Positions 32,308 through 45,084 are shown, counted from the first letter of the stretch. The stretch is DNA of 64,000 bases from Dictyostelium discoideum (GCA_000004695.1 CM000155.2:96001-160000), one strand, 5' to 3'. Notes: generated by a model from the letters alone, not told the origin. Numbers and translations: made by a program.

Positions 32308-33161
32308 TTAATTTTTTATTTGATTTGAAATTAAATTTGAACAATACTTTTTAACATAATCAGATAAAATTGAAAATATTTTTTTACAACCTTTTTCACC
32401 CAATTCTAAAACCGATTCAAAAAGATCTTGAGGTACTTTTGAATCCATATTTAAAGAGATGACACCACCGATTTGAGGTTGAATTGAGAGTAAACAATCG
32501 GGACCACCCGAACGTTCTTCGATATTATTTAAATCCAAAACTGCAATACCATCAATACAACTAGTTGAACAAGCACAAATAAAATCTTTCATTGAAATAC
32601 CTGCATCTATCAAAGCCAATGTAGAGGCATTGATAGCGGCAGCTTTTAAGCCACCATCCGATTGCAAAACTTGTAAATAGATATTTATCTGTGAACGTGG
32701 GTATAGATGAGTGTGAATTGTGCTTTCAAATGCTTGTTTTACTAAATTTGCAATCTCTGTCGTGACTCTATCTCCCTTGGTTTTTTGTTGAGGTTTTCTC
32801 TCTGTTGTGCTAAAACTACTGCTTGAAAATTCACATTTAACAACTGCTCTATCAAATACTCCTTTTCCACTCACTGATATTTCACGTGGTCCATAAACTG
32901 CTGCTATGATTTTTGTATTACCCTGTTCATAATATGCTGATCCATCTGCTCTTTTAAATATACCCATCTCAACATTTATTCTTCTTAATTCATTTGCTCT
33001 TCTACCATCAATTCTTAATCCTTCTGGTGATATATATGATAATTTACTCTATATATATACACATACATAAAAAGTGATTAATAATTAAGTAATATATTAA
33101 AATTTTAATTATTATTATTTTTATACTATTAAAAAATATGAAATTTACCATTATTTATTAT
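32308..33161 (-). CDS. Exosome complex component RRP41 (EXOSC4/Ski6 homologue), RNase PH-like, ~247 aa. Proposed ATG-only first exon 33161..33159, a 110-nt intron, and main exon 33048..32308.
   Basis: Main exon encodes SKLSYISPEGLRIDGRRANELRRINVEMGIFKRADGSAYYEQGNTKIIAAVYGPRE..., collinear with the Rrp41 N-terminus (GYRVDGRRAGELRKIQARMGVFAQADGSAYIEQGNTK). The in-frame ORF opens right after a TATAG acceptor at 33049. The only upstream ATG is followed immediately by GTAAAT (a start-codon-only exon). Alternative start at Met 32967 would delete the conserved DGRR...ELR block. Confidence 0.8.
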
Positions 33162-33262
33162 TTATTTATAGATATTATTTACAAAAAAAAAAAAAAAAAA
33201 AAAAAAAGGGTATTTAATTATTTATGATTTATTATTTACAATTATTTTTAACCAAAAAAACG

Positions 33263-33300
<38 letters not shown>

Positions 33301-33597
33301 ATTTTTTTTTTCTTTTTTTCGCATTTTCAACCAAAAATCAATGTTTTAATTAAATAAATATAAAAAATAAAATAAAACAAAATAAAATTAAATTAAATAT
33401 TCAAATATATAAAAAAAAAAGTACTTTTATTTTACACTTTTATTATTAGATTTTATTTTTAAATATATATATATATATATATTTTTCCCCACTAAAGTCC
33501 CATTTTCTTTGAAATTTTTTAAGTAAACTATTTTAATTGATAAAAAAAATATAATAAAATTAGTTATAAATAGTACTTAAACCCTGATTAAATATAG

Positions 33598-33635
<38 letters not shown>

Positions 33636-33710
33636 CCGTCTATTTATAGACCCAATTTAACTTTTCTTGTTTTTTAATTAATAGAAAATTTTTATAAAAA
33701 AAATATTTCC

Positions 33711-33758
<48 letters not shown>

Positions 33759-33875
33759 AAAAAAAATTTTTTCCCCCCCCAAAAAAAAAAAAAAAAAAAA
33801 CCCCAACCCGGTTTTTTTTCGGGGGGGAAATAATTTTTTTAAAAAAAAAAACCTTTTTTAATTTTTTTTTTTTCC

Positions 33876-33908
<33 letters not shown>

Positions 33909-34124
33909 ATAAAATAATAAAAGAAAAGTATTCATTAATTTAAATCAGTTCTTTTTTTTTTTTTTTGTATCCTTTTTTTTTTTTTTTCCTCACACAAAAA
34001 TAAATAAAAAAATAAAAATAAAAATAAATAATTATAATTGAAGAAAAAGAAGAATAATAATAATAATAGAATATTAAAATAATAAAATAAACTTATAAAA
34101 AAATAAAAAAAGTTTTTTAAATAA

Positions 34125-35591
34125 ATGTTATCCTCAATGACAGATATTAGAAAAAGAGTAACAGTATTTCAAAATGGTAAAAGAGTTGGGGGTAAAGCTA
34201 TAAGTTTACCAAAGAAATGGTCAGAATTTTTAAAGATTGTATCAAAGAAATTAAATATACCAGCCTCAAGAATCTATAATGAAGATGGTGGAGAAATCGA
34301 TGAAATTGAATCAATAGTTGCAAAAGAGATATTATATGCAAGTTGTGGTGAACATTTTATACATATACCAAAGGATATTGGATATTTTGGCCAACCAACA
34401 ATACCTAATCCTTATCTTATTGGACCATCCCCACCACCAAATATTTTCCCATTTCATAATGGTGGCGGTAGTGGTGGTATTGATATTGTACCATCAGGTT
34501 CATCATCTACTAATAGCACAACTACAACTACAACTACAACATCATCATCATCATCATCATCAAATACAACAACATCACCAAACAATCTTTTAACATCACC
34601 ATCAATAGTAAATACTGGTGTTGGTGGTGGTGGTGTAAATCATAATATGATACAATTACTTGGTGGTAATGGTTGTATCACTGGTTTAAGTAGTTGTGGA
34701 GCAATAATAAATAATAATGAATGGATTAGTTTAAATGTTGGTGGTCGTATATTCTCAACTACTAGATCCACAATTATTAGAGATAAAGATAGTATGTTGG
34801 CAAAGATGTTTAGTGAAAGTTGGGATTCAGCAAAGGATATCAATGGTGCCTATTTGATTGATAGATCACCCGATTATTTCACACCAATATTAAACTATTT
34901 AAGATGTGGTACTATAGTTATCGATGAATCGCTCAATGTCGAAGGTGTATACCAAGAGGCAAGATTCTTTAATATCACTGGTATGTTGGATAAATTGGCA
35001 TCATTGGTTGAAAGAAAATCAAGATCGACAGATGTATTCACTAGAAAAGATGTGATTTCAATTCTCTTAACTTCAAGTTCAAATTCAAGTTTAAGATGTC
35101 AAGGTTTAAATTTAGCGGGTGTGGATCTATCAAAATTGGATTTAAGAAATATTAATTTCAAAATGACCAATTTCAAAGAAACCAATCTTTCAAAATGTAA
35201 TCTAGATAATGCCCTCCTACAGGAGGCTGATCTATCAGGTGCAAATTTAACAGGTGCAAGTTTAAGAGGTTCAAATTTAACAGGTGCAAATCTAGAGGAT
35301 TGTATATTAAAAGGTGCAAACTTTGAAGATAGAGGTGGTCAAAGAGCAACCCTCGAAAATGTAAACTTTAAAAATGCTTCACTCGAAGAAGCAAACTTTA
35401 GTGGTGCAAACCTTAGAGTTTGTAATTTTAAAAGTGCAAACTTGGAAAATTGTAATTTTCGTGGTGCTGATTTAGCTGGTGCAAATTTAGAAAAATGTAA
35501 TTTTAGAGGAGCAAACCTTCATAAAGCAAATTTAATTGGTGTAAATTTAAAAGGTGCAAATTTCGATATTAGAACTGTTAGTTCAAGATAA
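34125..35591 (+). CDS. KCTD9-like protein, 488 aa: N-terminal KHA-like domain, BTB/POZ (T1-type) domain, C-terminal pentapeptide repeats.
   Basis: KHA-like: VTVFQNGKRVGGKAISLPKKWSEFLKIV...RIYNEDGGEIDEIESI. BTB: EWISLNVGGRIFSTTRSTIIRDKDSMLAKMF...DRSPDYFTPILNYLRCGTIVIDESLNVEGVYQEARFFNI. Then about 30 A(N/D)LxG-type pentapeptide repeats. A Ser/Thr/Gly-rich linker comes from (ACA/TCA)n. Confidence 0.85.
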   Translation: MLSSMTDIRKRVTVFQNGKRVGGKAISLPKKWSEFLKIVSKKLNIPASRIYNEDGGEIDEIESIVAKEILYASCGEHFIHIPKDIGYFGQPTIPNPYLIGPSPPPNIFPFHNGGGSGGIDIVPSGSSSTNSTTTTTTTTSSSSSSSNTTTSPNNLLTSPSIVNTGVGGGGVNHNMIQLLGGNGCITGLSSCGAIINNNEWISLNVGGRIFSTTRSTIIRDKDSMLAKMFSESWDSAKDINGAYLIDRSPDYFTPILNYLRCGTIVIDESLNVEGVYQEARFFNITGMLDKLASLVERKSRSTDVFTRKDVISILLTSSSNSSLRCQGLNLAGVDLSKLDLRNINFKMTNFKETNLSKCNLDNALLQEADLSGANLTGASLRGSNLTGANLEDCILKGANFEDRGGQRATLENVNFKNASLEEANFSGANLRVCNFKSANLENCNFRGADLAGANLEKCNFRGANLHKANLIGVNLKGANFDIRTVSSR

Positions 35592-35649
35592 TTTTAAAAA
35601 AAAAAAAATATATAATTCAACATATAAATACAATTACAATATATATATA

Positions 35650-35683
<34 letters not shown>

Positions 35684-35804
35684 ATAAATTAATATTAAAA
35701 AAAATTAATATTAATAAAAATAAATGTACATATTTTTTAAAACAAAAGTTTATTTTTATTTTTTTAATCTTTTATATTCATTTATTTTATTATAAAAGTT
35801 TCGC

Positions 35805-35893
<89 letters not shown>

Positions 35894-37039
35894 TTATAAA
35901 CAACCAAACCAATTTAAACCAGAATAAACAATATAACTGAGAAGAGTTAAATAGATAACAGTACGAGAAATACCAGTTTCAGAGAAAGTTTTATAATCTA
36001 CTGGTTTAGTATGAAGTGATTTTAACATTTCAATTCTAACTTTTTTACTAATTGAATCAACTGTATCATCTTTTGAAATTTTAATTGGTGGTAAACATCT
36101 TACACTAAAAAAATTAAATAAATAAATATTTAATTAATAAATATTTATATATAAATTTTAAAAAATAAATATGAAAATAATAATTAAATATTTACACTAA
36201 AGAACCAGAATGTGGAAAAAATGTATTTGCATTCCAAATTTGATTATTTCCAAAAAATACAACTGGAACAATTGTTGAATGTGATTTCATTGCTAAATGG
36301 AATGGACCTTTTTTGAATTCCATTAAATTACCATCTTTTGAACGAGTTCCTTCTGGTGAAATTGCAATACAATATTTCTTAGTTTCAATGATATTTGCGG
36401 CATCGTTGATACTTGAGATTGCTGAATTCTTCTTTCCCCTATTAATTGGAATATGACCAACGAAATAAGCTAATAAAAATAACCATGGGAATAAATAAAT
36501 CAATTCCTTTTTATAGATATATTTACATGGAATTGGTGAATAACCTTGCAAAACAATTGGATCCAAGTATGATGAATGACTATACATCAATACTGATGGT
36601 TGTTGTTTAAAATCTTTATATAATTCAAATCCTTCGGTTCTAACTTTAATATTTAATATCCATAATATACCTATTGACCATGCTCTAGATGCCATCTCCA
36701 ATGGTGAATACCATTTTGATATATTATATTTCTTATAAATTGGTCCTAATATAAATCCAAATGGAATTGATAACCAAACTAAAGCTAAAATTTTAAAAAA
36801 AATAAATTATATAATTTAGTTTACTTTTTTTTTTTTTTTTTAAAAAAAAAAATGGGTGAACTTCAATTGTTATTATTATTTTACATACTTGTTACTATTA
36901 TAGCCCATGTAATAATTACAAAAAATCTTAAAATTCTAAATCCAAAAAATTCATGTGGGACTGGTCCAAATATTATTTTCTCCTCCAAGGCAGATTCATC
37001 AATCTCTGTTATTTTATTTTCTTTTTTTCTTTGGGACAT
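35894..37039 (-). CDS. 1-acyl-sn-glycerol-3-phosphate acyltransferase (LPAAT/AGPAT family), ~316 aa. Exons 37039..36889, 36784..36196, 36104..35894.
   Basis: Acyltransferase motif I HSSYLD (HX4D), motif III ISPEGTR, and an N-terminal TM helix. Introns: a|GTATGT to TTTTAG (phase 1, 104 nt) and gt|GTAAAT to TTTTTTTAG (phase 2, 91 nt). Total 951 nt = 317 codons. The plus-strand ORF 36852..37109 is antisense to exon 1 and rejected. Confidence 0.85.
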
Positions 37040-37113
37040 TTTAAATCAATATTGCAACAATAATAAAATAAAAATAAAAAAGTTAATGTTTAAACATTAC
37101 TATTACTGAAAGC

Positions 37114-37150
<37 letters not shown>

Positions 37151-37564
37151 TTTTTTTATTTTTTTATTTATTTTTTTATTTTTTTTTATTAAAATTACTT
37201 TCACATTAACCGATTTCCCATTTGAATTTTTTTTTTTTTTTTTGATTTTTTTTTTTAATTTAAGACCCTGCCACTTTTTACTTGAATTTTAAGATGACCA
37301 TATAACCTCAACATTAATCACTAAATTTAGAATTTAATTTTCTAGGATTATTACTTTTGTTTTTATTTATTTATTTAAATAATTAAAAAAAAAAAAAATT
37401 TATAAAAATAAATAATTAATCCTGATGTAAAATACAAAGTTTAATTTTTTTTTTATTTTTTTTATTTTATTTTTTTTTTTTTATTTTTTTTTTTTTTCGT
37501 TCGGCATTTTTTTTTTTTTTAATTTTCTTTTAAATAAAAGGGCAATTTATAAATATCTTTTACA

Positions 37565-38139
37565 ATGTCATCCTTAGAAAAATATGCTACAAATGATATA
37601 CAAATTGAAAATATAATTTTAAAAAGTAATACACAAACTGAAATTTCAGATGGTTTATCTTTTGAAATTGATTTTAAAAAATTAAACCAAGATAATTTAA
37701 ATGGTTTATACTGTAGAATTGAATTTGTTGTTGACATTGCTTTAAACAAATTTACTTTTGGTATGTACACAAATAAATACTTTGTTTAATTTTATTTATT
37801 ATTTTAACATTTATTTAGTTTTTATAATTTATAATTTCATTTATTATTAGATATATTAAAATCATCAACAATTAATTATGACTCAACACAATCAAATATA
37901 TCATTAAAGTTCAAAGATATTGAATCATTAGAAGAATTAATGAATAAAAATAATATTGATAGATTATTTTGGTGTAATATCAGTTGTTTAAATATTTATA
38001 TAAATTATAAAAAAGATGGAGATGATGAAAATACACCTGAAAATTCTTTAAAAGTTTCAATTCCAACAAATATTTATAAAGATAAAAGAACTGATAACAT
38101 AATTTATAAAACAACATATAATCCATTTGATTATTTGTA

Positions 38140-38140
<1 letters not shown>
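37565..38140 (+). CDS. Hypothetical protein, ~161 aa. Two exons: 37565..37760 and 37851..38140.
   Basis: Two track ORFs join via a g|GTATGT donor (phase 1) and an ATTATTAG acceptor; the downstream ORF's frame is recovered exactly (486 nt = 162 codons). No family recognised. Confidence 0.5.
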
Positions 38141-38177
<37 letters not shown>

Positions 38178-38281
38178 TAAAACATTTTAAAAACACAAAA
38201 ACAAAACAAATACAAAAACCTTTTTTCTCTCCTTTTTTTTTTTTTAATTCTTTTTTTTTATTTTTTTTTTTTTTATTATTA

Positions 38282-39368
38282 TTATTTAATTAATTTCAAT
38301 TCAGAATCATATCCTAATGTTTTCAAATCTTTTAAAGTCTAGAAAAAAAAAATAAAAAAATAAAAAAATAAAAATAAAAGTTAATAAAATAAAAATAAAA
38401 GTTAATAAAATAAAAATAAATAAAAAAAAAAAAATACACACTTCTGAAGAATCTTCAATTGTTTGATTAACATATAACTCAACAAAACCAGTAAAAGTTA
38501 AACCATTTCTTGGATGTGAATCATATCCATCCAACATTGATTGTAATGATTGTAAATCTAATTCTTGACCATTAACTGCTTTTGAATATAATTTCATCTC
38601 TGCTTTGTTCAAACAATTATCTTTATTTCTATCAAATCTATCAAAAATTTCCCTTAAAACTGTAATAAACTTTTTTGTAACACCACCATTCTTTTTTTTT
38701 TTTTTAATTTAAAATTATTTTATTTATTTTTGTTAGTAACGAAAAAAAAAATTATTATTATTACTTCTTAATTTACTATTATTATTATTATTTTTATTTT
38801 TATTTTTATTTTTTAATAAAGAATAAAATTTTATATTTACAATAATAATAAAAGGAATATTAAGGTTTGGAACACCTATATCCATAACTGGTTCAAAATC
38901 AGGAACAGAGTCAACTTCATCTTGAGTTAAACTTTCTTGTTCTAAAGTTTGTTTCATAATATTTACTCTTTCATCTGATGGATCTATTTTATTTGCTTTT
39001 TCTAATAATTCTGAAACTGATTCATAATTTCTTTGCATACCTTTAACATATGCAAGACCTAAATATGCATCAATACATTCAGAATCCATTTCAATTGCTT
39101 TGGAAAATAATTCTGTTACTTTTTCTATAATTTCAATTTCATTAAAATCATCATCATCATCAGTATTATCATCATTATTTATTGAATTTTTATTTTCATC
39201 TATATTGGTTTGTGAAAGATTTGATGCAGTTTCATCCAATATATTTTTATCTTCTCTATCTTTTAATTGTTTAATTAATTTATTTGCATCTTCACAATAT
39301 TCAATTGCTTTTAATTCTCTATCCTCTTCACTTAAATTATTAGTTGTTGTAGTTGTTTGATCTGTCAT
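38282..39368 (-). CDS. Small TPR-like plus EF-hand protein, ~277 aa. Exons 39368..38841, 38690..38442, 38338..38282.
   Basis: Exon 1: acidic N-terminus and a TPR-like helix pair (CIDAYLGLAYVKGMQRNYESVSELLEKANKIDPSDE). Donor GTAAAT after ...NIPFIII, a 150-nt intron, and an acceptor after poly(A)AG. Exon 2 has a canonical EF-hand loop DRFDRNKDNCLNKAEM. Third exon via GTGTGT...TTTCTAG (TLKDLKTLGYDSELKLIK-stop). All phase 0; 834 nt total. The ORF-track start at 39548 is a TTG inside the poly-K 5' leader; the first ATG is 39368. Confidence 0.55.
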
Positions 39369-39539
39369 TTTTTTTTTTTTTTTTATACAAATTAATAATA
39401 AACTTTGGGATAAGAAAAAAAACGAATTAAAGTTTTTTTTTTTTTTTTTTTCAAAAACGGACGAATTTAAATTAATCTTGATTTTTTTTTTTTTTTTTTT
39501 TTTTTTTTCATAAAGATAAAAATAAATTATAAGAATAAA

Positions 39540-40271
39540 ATGGTTCAAAGTTTTAATATTGAAGCAATTAAATGTTTAAAACATGTATTTTTAAATAGAT
39601 CATTAATTATACCACATTTAGAAGTTAAAGATATTAGAAATATAAATTTTCAATCACTTTACGATAGAGGATTTAAAGGAGTATTATTTGATAAAGATAA
39701 TACATTAACTGAACCTTATAAAAATGAAATCTATAATCCCTATAAAGAATCACTTAATAAATGTTTAGAAATTTTTGGAAATGATAATGTTGTAATTATA
39801 TCCAATAGTGCAGGTTCAAGTGACGATGCTCCAAATTTTGAAAAAGCAAATCAAATTGAAAAATCATTAGGTATAAAAGTATTAAAACATAATACAAAGA
39901 AACCAGATGGTATTGATTCTGTTAAAAATCATTTCAAAACTGATCCAAAAAATTTAATTATGATTGGTGATCGTTATTTAACTGATATTTTATTTGGTAA
40001 CCTTTATGGAATGCTTACAATTTATACACATCCAATAACTTCTGTTGGTGATAATTTTTTTGTAAAATTGGTAAGTATCTTTAATTTTTTTTTTTTTTTT
40101 TTTTTTTTTTCTTGTTTAACAAAATTTTTTTTTTTTTTTTTTTAGATAAGAAATAAAGAAAGACAAATTGTTTTATGTTTAAAAAATTATTTTAAAATTG
40201 ATGCTCCAAAAAATCTATTATGTTCTAGTGAATTTGAAAAAATTAATAATGATGATCAAAAGAATAAATAA
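39540..40271 (+). CDS. HAD-superfamily IIIA phosphatase of the YqeG/GEP4 (phosphatidylglycerophosphatase-like) type, ~218 aa. Exons 39540..40070 and 40146..40271.
   Basis: HAD motif I VLFDKDNTLT, motif III K...IMIGDRYLTDILFGNLYGMLTI. GTAAGT donor after ...FFVKL, and a TTTAG acceptor giving IRNKERQIVLCLKNYF... in frame. Confidence 0.75.
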
Positions 40272-40447
40272 ATAAATAAATAAAAAAGTTTTTTTTTTTT
40301 TTAAATTTTTAGTTTATTTAATTTAATTTAAATTTTTCTTTCTTTTTTTTATTTAATATTTAAATAATATTTAAATATTTTAAATGATTATAAATAATAG
40401 ATGGCATTACTTTTTTTTTTTTTTTTTAAATTTTACTAAATCTTTTT

Positions 40448-41910
40448 TTAAAATGATTCATCATAAGATTTAGTAGTAATTGAAGAGTATTCTTCAGAGG
40501 AAGTTTTAGTTGCAGAAGCGAGATATTCACCAGATCTTGATGGTGATAAGAGGAAAGAAACACCAATGAGAGCGAGAGCATTAGTGGTGACATAGAAAGC
40601 GAGAACTGTTTTTTCACGTACCCATGGTTCGACTGCGGCGGCAATGATACAAATAATTGGAAGGATTAAGAACCAAGCAACAAATGCAATACCAAAGACA
40701 GTGTAAAAGTTACGTTTGGCTGGATGAGTTTCTTCTAAATATGTATTATAACCACACCACATAAACCATAACATTGCTAAACTACGTGCTACCAATAAAA
40801 TAATACCTGGTACTGTATCATACATATAGGTGGTTGCTGCTGGATTTTCACCTGCTTTAATCCAAACAAACATAATGAAATATAATACTGTTAAAACACC
40901 CATAGCACCTAATACAATTCTCTTTTCATCAATTGTAACACGTGAAATTGCCCATCCTTTTGCAATTAAAATTAATAATAAAATAAATAATAATTGTGCT
41001 GCTAAATCTAAAACTATTAAATTTAAAAAAAAAAAAATAAAAAATAAAAAAATAAAATAAAATAAAAAAAAAGATTAATATTACTTCATATATATTTTTT
41101 TTTTTTTTGTGTGTAACTTAAAAATCCAATTTTTTTTTTTATTTTTTTTTTTTTTTTCCGAAAAACGAAAAAAAAAAACAAGAAAATAATTAAGAAAAAA
41201 AAATAAAACTTACGTTCACCAAAACCTTGAGCACCTTTACCACCAGTACCATTATGAGAATAAGAACCATAATTACAAAGGAGTACAAAAACAGAAAGGA
41301 ATTCTAAAACGATGACACCTGAAAGAATTTTGATCATTGGATGGAATGCATTTGCTTTATATAATTTGAATGCTGTAAAGGCAGTGTAACCAGTTAAGAC
41401 TAAAAATACGAAAAAGTAAACCAAATATAATGCTTCGAGACCTTGTTCATCGTAAGAGAATTGGGCTGACCACAAACCACCGCCATTTAAGAGGGTGAGG
41501 GTGAAATCAACTTCACCAACTTCACTATCACAATTTGCTGCAACGACATACCAAAAATGGGCACGTTGGTGATCCTCTGGTAATAAGACTCTTGATGAGT
41601 TGGCTGAAAGTTGATTCATATTGGTTTGTGGAGTACTTGCTGTCACTCTTTCCAAACAACTATATTTACTATTACCACCTACACCCCATTCAGTGGCCCA
41701 ATCGTTGTAAATGTAAATTGATGTACTTGCGTTTGCTGCTGTTCCAACGTATGATAATGAAGCACCTGGTGTTGTACTGTAACAGAATTTTGCTAAAAAT
41801 ACAAAATTATTATTACTATTGATTTTCTCCTTTACAACCATACCATTGCTGACATTGCAAATTAAAAATCCAATTAAAATTGTAAACAAAATACTTGTTT
41901 GTTTTAACAT
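40448..41910 (-). CDS. GPR107/GPR108-type (Lung_7-TM_R / GOST) seven-transmembrane protein, ~420 aa. Exons 41910..41214 and 41013..40448.
   Basis: Signal peptide MLKQTSILFTILIGFLICNVSNG, a luminal Cys-containing domain, then seven hydrophobic helices (...LYLVYFFVFLVLTGYTAF..., ...LILIAKGWAISRV..., ...WFMWCGYNTYLEE..., ...FVAWFLILPIICII...). Intron c|GTAAGT to TTAATAG (phase 1, 200 nt, poly(A)-rich). Confidence 0.75.
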
Positions 41911-42043
41911 TTTGTTTTTTTTTTTTTTTTTTTCCTACTTCTTTTAATTAATTATTGTTTTAAGTGCGCAATTCAATTTATTTATTCTAAAAAAAAAAAA
42001 AAAAAAAAACTTAAGGCTCAAAAAAAAAAAAAAATTTAGATTT

Positions 42044-42081
<38 letters not shown>

Positions 42082-42458
42082 AAAAAAAATAAAATAAAAA
42101 AAAATTTCAACAATCTAGTAGATTACTAGATATTTTAATTTTGATTTTAATTTTTTTTTTTTATTTATAAATTTTATTTTTATTTATTTTTTATTTTTTT
42201 TTTTTTGGTATTTTTTTTATAATTTTATCTCTTTTGAATTGTTTTTTTTTTTTTTGTTTGGTTGCCTTCTTTAAGATAAAATTTGGTCAATTTCTTTTTG
42301 TCATTTCCACTTTTGTTTTAAAAATTTTTATTTTTGAATTCAACCACCCAATTATTTCCTTTTTCTTTAAATATAAATTCTGAGTTTCATACTAATTACC
42401 CAAAATTTTCATTTGAACATAATCCAAAAAAAAAAAAAATTTTTTTGTTCTTTCAAAA

Positions 42459-42680
42459 GGTGGGGCAATGGTGGGGTTTTTTTTTATTTTTTTGGATTAT
42501 TTTTTTTTTTTGGATTATTGCTCTGCCAAGAATTGCAATAATCCAAAAAAATTCTTGCTCTGCCAAGAATTGCAATCCAAAAAAAATAAAAAAAAACCAC
42601 CATTCCTCTGGGGAATTTTGTTGGATTATTTTTTTTTTTTTTTTGGGTTGCAATTCTTGGCAGAGCAACAAAATTCCCCG
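42459..42680. repeat. Cluster of nested direct and inverted repeats (hairpin-forming). Candidate MITE-like element or structured ncRNA in the GPR107-gene upstream region.
   Basis: TTGGATTATT / AATAATCCAA inverted pair flanking GCTCTGCCAAGAATTGCAA (42511-42549). A second direct copy of GCTCTGCCAAGAATTGCAA at 42556-42574, and its reverse complement TTGCAATTCTTGGCAGAGC at 42649-42667. Outer inverted pair GGGGAATTTTGTTG (42611-42624) / CAACAAAATTCCCC (42667-42680). The track ORFs 42334..42764 on both strands are palindrome artefacts (LQFLAEQ on both strands). Confidence 0.6.
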
Positions 42681-42932
42681 TAATTTTTTTTTTTTACGAA
42701 AATAAATCAAAGGAATGGTAGTTTGAGAAAAAAAAAAAAAAAATAAAAAAATTAAGTTCCCCAAAAGAAGAACATCAAAAGAAAGAAAAAAAAAAAAGGT
42801 TTTAAATTATATAATTTAACAAATATTTATTTAATTTTTTAAAAAATACTAATAAAAAATATAAAATAATAAATAAATAAATAAATAAATAACAATTTTG
42901 AAATAAAAAAAAAAAAAAAACAAAAGATACAC

Positions 42933-43991
<1,059 letters not shown>

Positions 43992-44828
43992 TTTTTTTTA
44001 TTTTTTATATTATATATATATAATATTACAATATTGCCACTTAAATAAAATTTAAAGAAAAAAAATTTGTTTTCAATTTTTTTTAAAAAAAAAAAAAAAA
44101 AAAAAAATAGAAAAATTAATTAATTGCTTTGGCACAAACAGAAAAATTAATTACCTTTTTATTTTATTTTTTTATTTTTTTTTTCTCAATCAAAGATCGG
44201 AAAAAGAAATTTAAGGGGAAATAATCCAAAAAAAGCTTTTTACAAATTTTTTTTTTTTTGTTTGTTGTTATTATTAGAAAAAAAAAAAAAAAAAAAAAAA
44301 AATAATTAAAAAAAAATTAAATTAAAAAATAATTTTTAAAATAAATTAAATTAAAAGAAAAAAAAAATATTTCAAAAAAAAAAAAAAAAAAAAAAAAAAT
44401 TTATAACTGTCATTCGCACAATTACGGAGTGTTGTCACTTAACTTTTAAAAAAAAATGAAAAAAATAAACAAAAACAACAAAAACAACCACAACAATTGA
44501 TTGAATTGATTCATTTGTCTCCACCACTATACACACACCATTCACCCATAATTATCCTGTCACAAAAATTTTAATATCTGTCATAAAAAAAAAAAAAAAT
44601 AAAATAAAATAAAATAAAATAAAAAAATAATAAAATAAAATAATAAAATAAAAACAAAAAAATAATATACACACATACTATTTTTTATAATAATAAAATA
44701 ATTTTTTTTTTTGTTTTGTTTTTTTTTTTTTTTTTCCTTCTTCTCTCTCTTCTCTCTCCCTCAACTTTATCACATATAAATAATAATAAATAACAAAAAT
44801 CAAAATCAAATAATAGTAGTATAAATTA

Positions 44829-45084
44829 ATGATTAATATGATTGATAATAATAAAGGCATCAATAAATTAGATGCAGCAATTTATTATTATCTGGTTGAA
44901 AAAGGGATGGCAAAAACAGCTCTATCATTTTCACAAGAAATGAACTTTGATATTGGTGGGCTGAGTCCACTACTCTCAAATTCATCCCATTTATTATCAA
45001 AAGGTTGGGAACAATTAAATTCAATTGGATTTTTCAATAATCAAAATATTCATATGACAAGTAGTCCAATTAGTATTAATAGCA

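Noticed and set aside
32308-32967. Using Met at 32967 as the RRP41 start (as in the ORF track)
   Set aside because: The reading frame is open and highly conserved for 27 codons upstream (SKLSYISPEGLRIDGRRANELRRINVE). Starting at 32967 would delete a universally conserved Rrp41 segment.
36852-37109. 85-aa plus-strand ORF
   Set aside because: Antisense to exon 1 and the start codon of the LPAAT gene. The minus-strand reading carries the conserved N-terminus and splices in phase.
42334-42764. Three overlapping ORFs on both strands with similar peptides
   Set aside because: Produced by the palindromic repeat cluster (the same peptide LQFLAEQ appears on both strands). Treated as a non-coding repeat element instead.
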